Shown here: positions 24,330-35,481 of the stretch, piece after piece | Numbering within the stretch: position 1 is the first letter of the stretch | How the letters are laid out: each line of letters opens with the position of its first letter | NCBI RefSeq assembly: GCF_001194135.2 | Contig: NC_068981.1 | Location: 102,350,649-102,412,754, forward strand | DNA length: 62,106 nt | From: Octopus bimaculoides | Taxonomy: Eukaryota | Reading direction: 5' to 3' | Program-made: the position numbers and the translations under genes | The notes under the pieces: model-generated | The model's input: the letters and a program-made list of their open reading frames with translations, nothing else | Told to the model about the DNA's origin: nothing | The model's database searches: none

Positions 24330-24426
24330 CGGCTGAAGATAGCTTTAAACCATCCTTTCTATCAATTATATACTCATATAATGATGCAACGACTGTTTGT
24401 GTATAAAGCTTGAAACACGTGTACCG
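24330..24426 (+). ncRNA. Type I hammerhead ribozyme with a large helix II loop
   Basis: CGG CUGAAGA u AGCUUUA (56 nt) UAAAGCU u GAAA CACGUG UA CCG. Helix II is 7 bp, helix III is the palindrome ACACGUGU, the triplet is GUA, and helix I is 3 bp. Confidence 0.75.
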
Positions 24427-24466
24427 CGATATCCTTTGTGTTCTGTTTTCAGTTTATGTTTTTACG

Positions 24467-24510
<44 letters not shown>

Positions 24511-24533
24511 AGGTAAGATCTAAGAATCAAGGT

Positions 24534-25085
24534 GTAGGAAGTCAGTGAGCGTCAAGCAGTCCATAGAAGATATAAAAAAAAACAACTATCAGGAATAAAT
24601 GTGGTTTATTGGTGCAGAAAGTTGTGAATTTTTCCTAAAAGTTTATTTTATAGTTTACGGGTAGCAACTGTGGTTGCTGTATATACAAACAAACATCTCA
24701 AATTAAGGAATGGAGTAGATAAAATCCAGGCTTCCTAAAATAAACTTTTAGGAAAAATTCACAACTTTCTGCACCAATAAACCACTATTATTCCTAATAG
24801 TTGTTTTTTTTTATATCTTCTATGGACTGCTTGACGCTCACTGACTTCCTACATATGTTTCATAGCTAGTGGAACTTTGGAAGTAGTAATTATCCAAATG
24901 AGGGATGGACCACAAGCTACTCTTCAGGTCAAGAATACCTTGATTACATGAAGTTTACATAGTCATTGCCTGAAGATTAGCTTGCAGTCTACTCCTTGTC
25001 TGGATAATTACTACCTCTGAGGCTCCACGAGCTATGAAACATATCTTGCCTGCATTTCATCTACTCCATTCCGTAATTTTGGCTA
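24534..25085. mobile_element. Penelope-like pLTR fragments in nested inverted arrangement
   Basis: 24534-24648 is inverted against 24736-24853, 24851-24932 against 24965-25044, and about 24700-24732 against about 25048-25080. Another fragment lies at about 58790-58855. Confidence 0.75.
24845..24932 (-). ncRNA. Hammerhead ribozyme motif, core intact, helix I decayed
   Basis: Minus strand reads uugac CUGAAGA GUAGCUUGUGG..CCACUAGCUAU GAAA CAUAUG UA ggaag. Helix II pairs 10 of 11 positions, helix III is the palindrome ACAUAUGU, and helix I is poor. Confidence 0.65.
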
Positions 25086-25224
25086 TATATATGTGTGTGT
25101 CTGTCTGTCTCCCAGCCTGACAACTGATGTTGGTGTGCTTATGTGCTCATAACTTAGCAGTTCAGCAAAATAATTGATAAAATAAATATCAGGCTTCAAA
25201 AAATAAGTTTTGGAGTCGATTCAT

Positions 25225-25495
25225 TTCATCATCATCATCGTTTAACGTCTGCTTTCCATGCTAGCATGTGTTGGACAATTTGACTGAGGACTGGTGAACC
25301 AGATGGCTACACCAGGCTCCAATCTGATTTGGCAGAGTTTCTACAGCTGGATGCCCTTTCTAACGCCAACCACTCTGACAGTGTAGTGGGTGCTTTTATG
25401 TGCGACCGGCACGAAGGCCAGTCAGGAGGTACTGGCAATGGCCACGCTTGAAATGGTGTATTTTACGTGCCACCTGCACAGGAGCCAGTCCAGCA
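25225..25495 (-). mobile_element. SINE family C inserted within a family A tail
   Basis: Family A tail pieces lie at 25095-25225 and 25497-25540 on either side. Confidence 0.85.
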
Positions 25496-26101
25496 GTGGT
25501 GCCCCAGCATGACCACAGTCTAATGACTGAAACAAATAAAAGACACTCTGTGTCACAGAGTATGAAAGTGATACTTTCAAAGCAAAACAGAAAAACTAAA
25601 CTAATATATATATATGTGGATGTATTTTCTCAAAAACTAAATTTAAGGATGAAGTGGCAGATACTGAAAAGTAAAAATGATGTAAACAGCTCTACCGGAA
25701 CAATCCACATCTTATGTAAAGTAGTGTTTCACTTGTGTAAACAAATATATATTGCCTTGAGTGTATGTTTGCTTCTATAAACGACTATCAGTAATGATTA
25801 TGTAAGCTAAGGTAATTGAAAAGAATCATCAGCCTTGGGCTTATTATTTGGTTATGCACATTTAACCCTCCTTCTCCTCATAGACATCATCATCATCGTC
25901 ATCACCATCGTTGTCATCATCATCACCAGCACCATCACTACTGCAGCCACCACCACCACCACCACAAATATATTGACATTATCATCAGCTAAGTTGTTCA
26001 TGTTACACACACACACACACACATACACACACACGCACACACCCACACATGCATGCATATATTAATAACGCTTAGAAGAAAGTGCTTCTTTTCCCACTCA
26101 C

Positions 26102-26234
26102 CAAAGTGAATGGAGCTTTGACCAGGAGAAACTGATGTTATCAGATGATATCCAACATCTGAGTGTTTCGACTTTGAACCGTAACACCCTCCCATTGGCG
26201 GGTCAGCAGAGGTGGCCAAATCACTGCTCCTCAT
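26102..26234 (-). CDS. Candidate coding exon (MRSSDLATSADPPMGGCYGSKSKHSDVGYHLITSVSPGQSSIHF-G), product unknown
   Basis: Unique, GC-richer island with an open frame that ends at a consensus donor G|GTGAGT (26101-26096). An MG-x-C-x-x-S-K start at 26195 resembles an acylation motif. No homology recognised. Confidence 0.3.
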
Positions 26235-26609
26235 CTCCTCCTGGCTTCCATCTTAAATCCTTTCTCTTGCCAACACACGTTTAATATTATATATATATTA
26301 ATATATATATANNNNNNNNNNNNNNNNNNNNNNNNNNNNNNNNNNNNNNNNNNNNNNNNNNNNNNNNNNNNNNNNNNNNNNNNNNNNNAATATTTATTTA
26401 TATATATATATATATCTATATGAATATTTATATAATTTTTATATTAATATATATTATATATATATATATATTAATATTTATTTATATATATATATATATC
26501 TATATGAATATTTATATAATTTTTATATTAATATATATTATATATATATATATTAATATTTATATATATATAATATTAATATTTTGCTTAGGTTTTACAA
26601 TAATAACCA

Positions 26610-26850
26610 GGTGTTAAAACTCAATATACATATGCCTCAGAAGGAAATGTCAGTCGAATACAGAGTGGTAATAAAAAATTGGGATGACAATGGAATAAGC
26701 AATCAAGTTGAGAACGTCATTAGCTTACAACTGTTTCTGCTATAAGGTGCAATGCACTCATAGTTGAGTGCTTGAGTATCACCCTATAGATTCATCAGGG
26801 CTAATGAAATTCATAACATAATTGTTTATTCCTTTGTCATCTCAGTTTCC
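26610..26850 (-). mobile_element. Penelope-like pLTR relic, same family as 32330-32715
   Basis: Flanks on both sides are homologous to those of the 32.3-32.7 kb element, and it carries an HHR. Confidence 0.7.
26717..26807 (-). ncRNA. Type I hammerhead ribozyme with extended helices
   Basis: Minus strand reads UCAUUAGC c CUGAUGA au CUAUAGGGUG..GCACUCA acua UGAGUGC..CACCUUAUAG ca GAAA CAGUUG UA a GCUAAUGA. Helix I is 8 bp after a mismatch, helix II is 10 bp, and the triplet is GUA. Confidence 0.75.
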
Positions 26851-26869
26851 TATATATATATATAGTCTC

Positions 26870-27240
26870 TTTTACTTGTTTCAGTAATTTGACTGTGGCC
26901 ATTCTGGAGCACCACCTTTAGTCGAGCAAATCGACCCCAGGACTTATTCTTTGTAAGCCTAGTACTTATTCTATTGGTCTCTTTTGTTGAACTGCTAAGT
27001 TAACGGGGACTTAAACACACCAGCATTGGTTGTCAAGCGATGTTGTGGGGACAAACACAGACACACAAATACACACACATACATATATACAACAAGCTTC
27101 TTTCAGTTTCCGTCTACCAAATCCACTCACAAGGCGTTGGTCAGCCCGAGGCTATAGTAGAAGACACTTGCCCAAGGTGCCACGCAGTGGGACTGAACAC
27201 TGAACCACTCCTGCAGCTACTTACCACACAGCCACTCCTA
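26870..27240 (-). mobile_element. SINE family A, near full length
   Basis: Family A homology from end to end. Confidence 0.93.
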
Positions 27241-27538
27241 GTGTATATTAAATATTTGTTGATATAAAGTATATAAATAAAGTAAAGTAATTTTGCAATA
27301 AACATCCTTGCCGATATCTTCTTTTTAATTTTTAACTTGTTGACCAAATTTTTATGTGTAAAAATAAAATTTGCAAATTCACATTTTTTGTATTATTTCC
27401 ATCTCTGTACTACTATAACTCTAAAGCTTGTATTCTTTCCTAAATCCTTACCCTAAACTCTAACCTTAATCTCAATCTCAAACTGGATTTTGCCTTATGG
27501 GATTGTAATATCTTATGATTTAATATATCTAATTCAGA

Positions 27539-27759
27539 AGGCAGTGAGCTGGCAGAAACATTAGCACACCAGGTGAAATGCTTAGCAGTATTTTGTCTGT
27601 TTTTACGTTCTGAGTTCAAATTCTGCCAAGGTTGACTTTGCCTTTCATCCTTTTGGGGGTCAATAAATTAAGTACCAGTTGTGTACTGGATCAATCTAAT
27701 CAACTGGCCCCCTCTTCCCCACAAACATTTTGGGCCTTGTGCCTAGAGTAGAAAAGAAC
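27539..27759 (+). mobile_element. SINE family B with a perfect 14-bp TSD
   Basis: atatctaattcaga at 27525-27538 and 27760-27773. Confidence 0.92.
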
Positions 27760-27883
27760 ATATCTAATTCAGACAAAAGAAATTTCAAAAATACAAAAAT
27801 TTGGCTGGCTGAGTTCCCTGCACGGGAGATTTTGAAGGGGTGGCAAAAATTAATAAAAAAACTCCTGTATTTTAAACTTAGCA

Positions 27884-28076
27884 CGTAAAAGCACCTACTA
27901 CACTCTTGGAGTGGTTGGCGTAAGGAAGGGCATCCAGTTGTAGAAACTCTGCCAAATCAGATTGGAGCCTGGTGTAGCCATCTGGTTCACCAGTCCTCAG
28001 TCAAATCATCCAGCCCATGGTAGCATGGAAAGCGGACGTTAAACGATGATGATGACGATGATGATGATGATGATGA
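27884..28076 (+). mobile_element. SINE family C 3' part with (ATG)n tail
   Basis: ggttggcgtaaggaagggcatccag..ggacgttaaacgatgatgatg. Confidence 0.9.
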
Positions 28077-28174
28077 ATCACAAATGCATTCCTTTTGTCA
28101 GCAAAGAATATACAAAACTTAGGTAGTAGGGGTTCATATTTTACACTTCTTCCATTAGATATTGTCTTCTATCA

Positions 28175-28220
28175 TTTACTTGATTTAGTCAGTAGACTAT
28201 GGCCATGCTGGGACACATAA

Positions 28221-28271
<51 letters not shown>

Positions 28272-28805
28272 NNNNNNNNNNNNNNNNNNNNNNNNNNNNN
28301 NNNNNNNNNNNNNNNNNNNNNNNNNNNNNNNNNNNNNNNNNNNNNNNNNNNNNNNNNNNNNNNNNNNNNNNNNNNNNNNNNNNNNNNNNNNNNNNNNNNN
28401 NNNNNNNNNNNNNNNNNNNNNNNNNNNNNNNNNNNNNNNNNNNNNNNNNNNNNNNNNNNNNNNNNNNNNNNNNNNNNNNNNNNNNNNNNNNNNNNNNNNN
28501 NNNNNNNNNNNNNNNNNNNNNNNNNNNNNNNNNNNNNNNNNNNNNNNNNNNNNNNNNNNNNNNNNNNNNNNNNNNNNNNNNNNNNNNNNNNNNNNNNNNN
28601 NNNNNNNNNNNNNNNNNNNNNNNNNNNNNNNNNNNNNNNNNNNNNNNNNNNNNNNNNNNNNNNNNNNNNNNNNNNNNNNNNNNNNNNNNNNNNNNNNNNN
28701 NNNNNNNNNNNNNNNNNNNNNNNNNNNNNNNNNNNNNNNNNNNNNNNNNNNNNNNNNNNNNNNNNNNNNNNNNNNNNNNNNNNNNNNNNNNNNNNNNNNN
28801 NNNNN

Positions 28806-28843
<38 letters not shown>

Positions 28844-28990
28844 CAGGCTTTTCAGTTTCCATTGACCAACTCCACTCACAAAGCTTTGATTGGCCTATGG
28901 CTATAGTAGAAGACACTTACCCAAGGTGCCATGCAGTGGGATTGAACCTAAAACCATGTGGTTGAGAAGCAAACTTCTTACAGCCAAGCC
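28175..28990 (-). mobile_element. SINE family A pieces flanking a (TA)n-bounded gap
   Basis: Tail at 28175-28215 and head at 28845-28990. Confidence 0.75.
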
Positions 28991-29529
28991 TGTCCACACA
29001 GGCACACCTTTAATTTTACATATAACTTATATGAATTATGGTGTTTAACGTATGTGCAGACATGATTATGTGGTTAAGACTGTCACCTTCTAACCCTGTG
29101 GTTTCTGATTCATTCAACTCAGCACTATCATTAAAAGCCCTTTTGTCAACACACTTAAGCTAGCGATGTTGAAGAAAATAATTGCAGCACTATTTAGTAT
29201 CTGGGGCCCTATGAAAGTAAAAAATATTCACCATTAGGGGGTTTCTAGGCCAATACTCTTAATATATTAACAAATATAATTTGTCTTATGATAATTTTTC
29301 CTATGTTAAAACCTAGAAAAAAACATTCCTATGCATCAAGGTGTAGCTATGATGGTGCAAAGATAGAAAATGGTGTCAGTTTTTATATATTCCATATACT
29401 GAAAAAGAGAATAAAAATCTCTAATATAGGGCTACACAGAGATGATAATCCCTTAACCTGATTGGACATGATATGAACAAATTCAGAAAAAAATCCTCAT
29501 ATAAGCAAACAATTTAATTTAAATTTTTA

Positions 29530-30170
29530 ATAAACATAAACTTCAAAATATTTCCAGACATAATATTAAACTTGAACACAAGCAAATACCAGCACTATGA
29601 AATACTTATCTCTGATGAAACCACATGTAAGAAAGAAATTAGGACATGCCTAGCCCTGGCAAGAATGTCCATGGAAAAGCTTAATAACATCTGGAGCAGC
29701 AAAAGTGTACCAACTAAGTTCAAAACAAAGCTAGTTGAGCACTAATTTGGCCAGTAGACATCTATGGCTGTGAACCATGGACTGAACAAATTTGAAGAAA
29801 ACATAATCAATACATTTTAAATGTGGGTGTCTAGGAGAATGTTAAGAGTCTGTTATCATCAGACAAATGAATGAGTGTTACAACAATTGAAAGCCAACAA
29901 CAACTGAACATTGTGAAAGAACAAAAGCACTTCTATTGAGACCATATTCAAAGAAGCAAGGGTCTGGGAAGCATTATCATAGAAGAAATAATAAAGGGCA
30001 GCAGATCAACAGGTAGGCAAAGAATGCAATGGATGGATAATATCAAGAGCTAGTTGGACAAGAGTAGCAAGGCAGCTGGAGAACTCATGATTAATCGGGA
30101 AGACATTTACTGTAGTGTTATCAATGCACTGTAGGGATATGGTACATGATAACAACAACGACAACAAAGT
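29530..30170 (+). mobile_element. RTE-clade LINE 3' end, decayed
   Basis: CKKEIRTCLALARMSMEKLNNIWSSKSV..KTKLV..LIWPVDIYGCEPWT..F*MWVSRRMLRV..GRQRMQWMDNIK, followed by an (AAC)n tail at about 30150. Confidence 0.88.
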
Positions 30171-30458
30171 ACTGAATGAAAAAACAATATGTATAAATAA
30201 AAGTCTAAATCACCTGTCTACTTTTGTAAAACTCCTTACAGATAAAATTATATGACGTTTTCTAATTTATCACCAGATAGGTTAATATTTAATAAAAGTG
30301 ATACATGTGGTAATAAAAACTTAGCTGGAATGGTTTCAATAATAAAATGAACTATACAGAACAGTATGAAATTATTAAACACAGAAATAATGGAATACTA
30401 CAGTATAATCCTTCTTATAGGTGTATTGACTTCTTTGCAGTGATATATTCACACATCC

Positions 30459-30497
<39 letters not shown>

Positions 30498-30911
30498 CAT
30501 AATTGTTAATAGTAGTCTTAATATCGAACAAATAAAGGAAAAACACCGATATTCCATGTGATAATCTTGATAACTGTTGAGGAATTCCTTAACATGAAAC
30601 CAATGGTAACCTCAATACACAAATAATAATCTTGTAAAAATAGTAAAAGTTATAGTTGTTTGGTTAATATAGGATCCCAAATTGCCACTCAATATTTTAA
30701 TATGATGGAAGAAAAATATTTTCTTTTTGTTTGTATACAAGAAAATTTAAACTGCAAACCTTCAAATATATCCTTGTGTCTAATGTATTCCAATAACAAA
30801 TTGATTGAATATCTAAAAAGTGGGGTCATGGTTATGAAATCTTGTACCTAAAATTAAGCATGCTGTGTATGACATGAAATTGTAGCTTGATTCCCTGTTA
30901 CTATAATTTAA

Positions 30912-31131
30912 CCATTTAGTGTTTAAACCCATCACATCTGGTACAAATATTCTGCATGCTTTACATTACAACTAGCCAGATCTGGCCTCTTACACTTACC
31001 CTAGAATGTCAGCTTAAGCATGAACAATCACATTATCAGAATCTCAAGGCTGTAAGGTTATGCAAGATAAATCCAAAACAAGGTGGATAAATAAGCATTA
31101 CATTTTACAGAGTAATCTGAATGCTAAAGGA
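30912..31131 (-). mobile_element. piggyBac-type MITE, decayed
   Basis: TTAA then ccatttag..ctaaagg; internal homology to the 6214 copy. Confidence 0.7.
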
Positions 31132-32447
31132 TGAAACATCTGTCTCCTTTACATACTAGTTGAACATATAAAGGATTACAACATAGGCCTGTTACACATG
31201 AGTTGAGAATGTAAATGTAACTTAATAAATAAGAAAATTTACAGGTTAAACACAATTGACAGTTGAGAGTTGGTTTTTATGTTCAAATATCTTTACACTC
31301 AAGCAGTTGTGTCCATAGAATGAAATTTGAAAAAAGAATTTCAATTGCATGTTGTAGAGCAGTAGTTCCTAATTTGGAGTGAGTTACTCCAACTGGATAG
31401 TAACTGATTTTGGCTGTAGTAATATAAGATGTAGTGAGGAGATCTCATGGTCTGATAGGTGCTCCAGCATAATCACAGCCACATGGGTGAAACAAAAAAA
31501 AAAATATATGTATACAGTAATAACAATAATAATCCTTGAATAGAATTTATATTTTAATGTAGCACTATGCACGTCTCCACAAATCACAAATTTCTTAAGG
31601 TCATAGTCTGTATTCCTGGGATATTATAGTAGAATCTGTAGTATCCATGGACATCCAGCAGATCATGTTCATGCATTCATTTCTTTGGGCAAAATAGCAT
31701 TAATGGATGTTTAAGTGAGAGTTGTTTACCAATTTTGACCAATGAGAAGATAGATTGGGGTATGTGGACATTTCTGTGCACATTTGGCGGGGAGGGGTGG
31801 AAGGTGATGGAGAGAAAGGAAGGTATGATAGTTATAAGGAGATAGGGGTGTGTGTGTGGTGATGTTGGACCTATTTTGCTATTTGAGTATGTAGATGTCA
31901 GGATGTGTAGTATGTTTCTTTTGTTTGATCTTATTCACAGTAGGCTCCGCCTCAGTATTTCAATGCAGCGCTATACATGTCTCCACAAGTCACATGTTTC
32001 TTAAGATCATAGTCTGTATTCCTGGGAGTAGTCAGGTCAGCAAGTACAGCCATTATAGCCATCCAGTTGTTGGAGTTCATTTTCTTAGTTGACAAATGAT
32101 ATTTTCTTAAAATGACCTTTTAATTACTTTTGGTGGTATAGCATATAACATATGAAAATAGTGGTTATTTTGTTTAGTTGTTCACGTTCTTCCCTTGTTC
32201 TATTATATGCTGAAGGCAGTTTGTGTTTTTCTGTTTTGGTGCAACTCCAAAAAAACTGATATCACCAGTTAGGCTGTATCCGGCATAATAGAACAGGAGA
32301 TTTCATATGCATATTTAAAACATATATAGCATTGCAACACTAATAACTAGATGTAGAATTCAATATGGATATGCTTCAGAATGGAGCATTAGTCAAGTAC
32401 AGAGCAGTAATAAGAAAATAAGATGACAAAAAAATACATGATTATTG

Positions 32448-32679
32448 TATGAACTTCATTAGCTTACAGCCGTTTCTGCTATAAGATGCAATGGACTTAT
32501 AATTGAGTGCCTGAATAATTCCCTGTAGCTTCATTGGAGCTTTGAATATGAAATACAATATAAATAAACTGCACTTCATATTTGAGGCTCCAATGAAACT
32601 ATAAGATGTTATTCAGGCACTCAACTATGAGTCCACTGCATCTTACAGCAGAAACAGCTGTAAGCTAATGAAGTTCATA
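32448..32679. repeat. Inverted repeat of two hammerhead-like units (arms 32448-32552 and 32575-32679) within a pLTR relic at 32330-32715
   Basis: Both arms have GAAA-CA/GGCUG-UA-AGCUAAUGAA, but the core reads CCAAUGA instead of CUGAUGA. Confidence 0.85.
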
Positions 32680-32988
32680 TTACGATTGTTTATTCCCTTG
32701 TTATCCCATTTTCTTATATATATATATAGTTGTGTAAGTATCAGTTAGAGGAGTTTAATACCTCTAAGGGATAATTAAGTCCAAAGTCGCTCCTGGTTAT
32801 TACCTGGGTAGCTACAGTCTTTTGTAAAGTTGTATGGTAGCAGGTGGTTCAGTTGCTAAAACTAGTAAATCGAAATGATTGTAAATGCTACCTTCATCTT
32901 TGCTTCCTTCTTCTTTGTTTTCTAATTAAATTAAAGCATACCACCGAAAACGACGAGTTTCCCCTTGCTATTACATCCATTTTCCTCT

Positions 32989-33034
<46 letters not shown>

Positions 33035-33039
<5 letters not shown>

Positions 33040-33450
33040 TCATCATCCTCATCATTTTATATCTGTTGTCCATGCTGGCATGGGTTGGACAGTTTGAGCA
33101 GGCTGGCATGCTGGAAGACTGTACCAAACCCCAGTTTGATTTGGTATGGTTTTCTATAGCTGGATGCTCTTCCTAACACCAACCACTCTGTAATAGATGC
33201 TTTTATGTGCCACTGGCATGGGTGAAACTTGTGTGACACCGGGGTGCTTTTATGTGTCACCAGCATGGGTGCCATTCACGTGATACTGGTACCTGCCATG
33301 ACTGTGATTTTGCTCAGCTTGATGGGTCTTCTCAAGCACAACATAATTCCAAAGGTCTTGGTCATTGCCTCTGTGAGGTCCAACACTCAAAAGTAACTCA
33401 GCCACTTTGCCTCTATGAAGTCCAACACTTGAAAGGTGTTCTTTACATGC
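33035..33450 (-). mobile_element. SINE family C variant with internal repeats
   Basis: catcatc..ccatgctggcatgggttggac..ggatgctcttcctaacaccaaccac. Confidence 0.8.
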
Positions 33451-34290
33451 CACCAGCCTGGGTGCCATTTACCACGACTATGATTTCACTTGGCTTGAAA
33501 GAGGAGAGAAGAGATGTCAAAATTCACCTGAAACTTTGCTGTAGTCAGTGGATTGAATCTAGGTTGATGCAATCAGCTATTAAAAACATGTTGTAAGTAT
33601 AGATATACAGTATATATATCATATACATACATGTATGCATGCATGCATACATACATACATACATACATATGAATAGAGAGAGAAAAAAGAGGCAGAGAGA
33701 GAGAGAGAGAGAGATTTTAGTATATGTATATGACTCTTAATGTTTTTCATTAGTATTCAGATAGTCTGCATATTATATGGCTCTCACACTAATTCATGGA
33801 TTCATTATTGGATGCACTCCTGATCTATTTTCATAAATAAATATATTGATAATTATGAGTGCAGCTGAAATTATCCTTGTTGATGCATTCTGCAGTAGTT
33901 ATTCTATGTATAACATTTAGGAAATTTGAATTTGTAAAATTTCAAACGAATTATGACACTTTGTAGTTTATGGGTTTGTTGACACGAGTGGATAAGTTTG
34001 AGTTCTGCATATTCGTTTAGCAGTTAGTCATGATTCTAGTTGTGGTTAGATAAATGCAACCAGATTCAAGAAACACACATAAAATATATCTTTAAAATTT
34101 AATGGCTATGTAATTTTCTAGAATTCTTTTTATTCAATTGCTGTCATTACACACACACACAGACATACACACACAGGGATACACATGCACATGCAAATAT
34201 ATAAGTGTATATATGTGCGTGTGTGTATGGATGTATGTATTATCATCATCATCGTTTAATATCTGCTTTCCATGCTGGTATGGGTTGTAT

Positions 34291-34347
<57 letters not shown>

Positions 34348-34349
<2 letters not shown>

Positions 34350-34557
34350 GGTTGGCCCAAAAGTAGGTTTACAGTTATCACATAGGCACTTTAAATTTCT
34401 TTTAAAACAGTATTACATTTAAATTTCTATCTTACAATTAACTAAATCAGCATAGATTAATGGTTTCATATTTTTACTTAATTAAGATCTAAACTGTTAA
34501 TATATGAATGGGAAAGAGATAGTTGAATAACTATAAACTTACTTTTGGGCCACCCTG
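34348..34557. mobile_element. Tc1/mariner-type MITE
   Basis: 29-bp TIRs cagg(t/g)tggcccaaaagta(g/a)gttta(c/t)agtt match at 26 of 29 positions; TA on the right flank. Confidence 0.88.
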
Positions 34558-34581
34558 TATATATATATATATATATATATA

Positions 34582-35308
34582 TAGGATATGATGGGTAAAT
34601 TGTCATCATTTTGTATTTTTCATTTCACACATGTGCATTGTTTTGCTTTTGATTTTGTCAACTACACAGTACAGTTGGGCACTGTCTGTGAGAAAAACAG
34701 CACCATGATACAATTCACTCTGCCAGAAATTTGGAAACGACATGCTGTACTGCTTAGCATTTGTGCAGAAGATCTAATATGAACATTTCAGAGTGTTTGG
34801 GTGTCAATCTGAGGACAGTGCAATCTGAGGACAAGTACCAAAAGTGATAAAAACCAACCATCCGGTCAACAACATTGTGTTTGGTGTGATCACTAGTGAG
34901 GGAAATGTTATGCCTCCATTCATCTTCCCACATGGCCTCAGACTCAACACAGAGGCCTACATAAGTGCCTGGAGGAGGTAGTGCTGTACTGGTACAAGAG
35001 GATGGCTGCTGGAAGACCCTATGTCTGGCAACAGGTCTCTGCACCATGACACATAAGCAGTAGAACCCAGTCATGGTTGTCAGACAATTTCTGCGACCAC
35101 ATCTACTCTAATCCCAAAGATGAATTGAAGGCAAGGATTATGGCAGCATTCACCAACTTAAAGAAGGAGACCATCCAGAAGAGTTGCAGGAGATACTGAA
35201 GTCGTCTGGAGGCCGTGGTTGAAACCAATGGCGGTTTTATTGAGTAAATTTGCTCTTTAGTATTTCAAGATATTTTTATGTAATTTTGGTAAATACATCT
35301 GTTAAAAT
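34582..35308 (+). mobile_element. DD37D (maT-like) Tc1/mariner element, internally deleted
   Basis: ATG at 34705 (MIQFTLPEIWKRHAVLL), then HPVN..VFGVITS..MPPFIFPHGLRLNTEAY..GRPYVWQQ.SAP..SDNFCDHI..LEAVVETNGGFIE* (stop at 35247). The WPPNSPD region is deleted. Confidence 0.88.
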
Positions 35309-35481
35309 NNNNNNNNNNNNNNNNNNNNNNNNNNNNNNNNNNNNNNNNNNNNNNNNNNNNNNNNNNNNNNNNNNNNNNNNNNNNNNNNNNNNNNNNNNNN
35401 NNNNNNNNNNNNNNNNNNNNNNNNNNNNNNNNNNNNNNNNNNNNNNNNNNNNNNNNATATATATATATATATATATATATA

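Noticed and set aside
24965-25045. Plus-strand HHR copy as an active ribozyme
   Set aside because: The core boxes are intact, but the palindrome, triplet and helix I are lost by deletion, so it is counted only as part of the inverted cluster.
9688-26807. 5:1 minus-strand bias of intact ribozymes as evidence of selection
   Set aside because: The sample is too small to be significant.
30200-30850. Hydrophobic minus-strand reading (..TFTIFTRLLFVY*GYHWFHV..) considered as a NUMT or membrane-protein pseudogene
   Set aside because: It has stops under both the standard and invertebrate mitochondrial codes and no recognisable mitochondrial motif.
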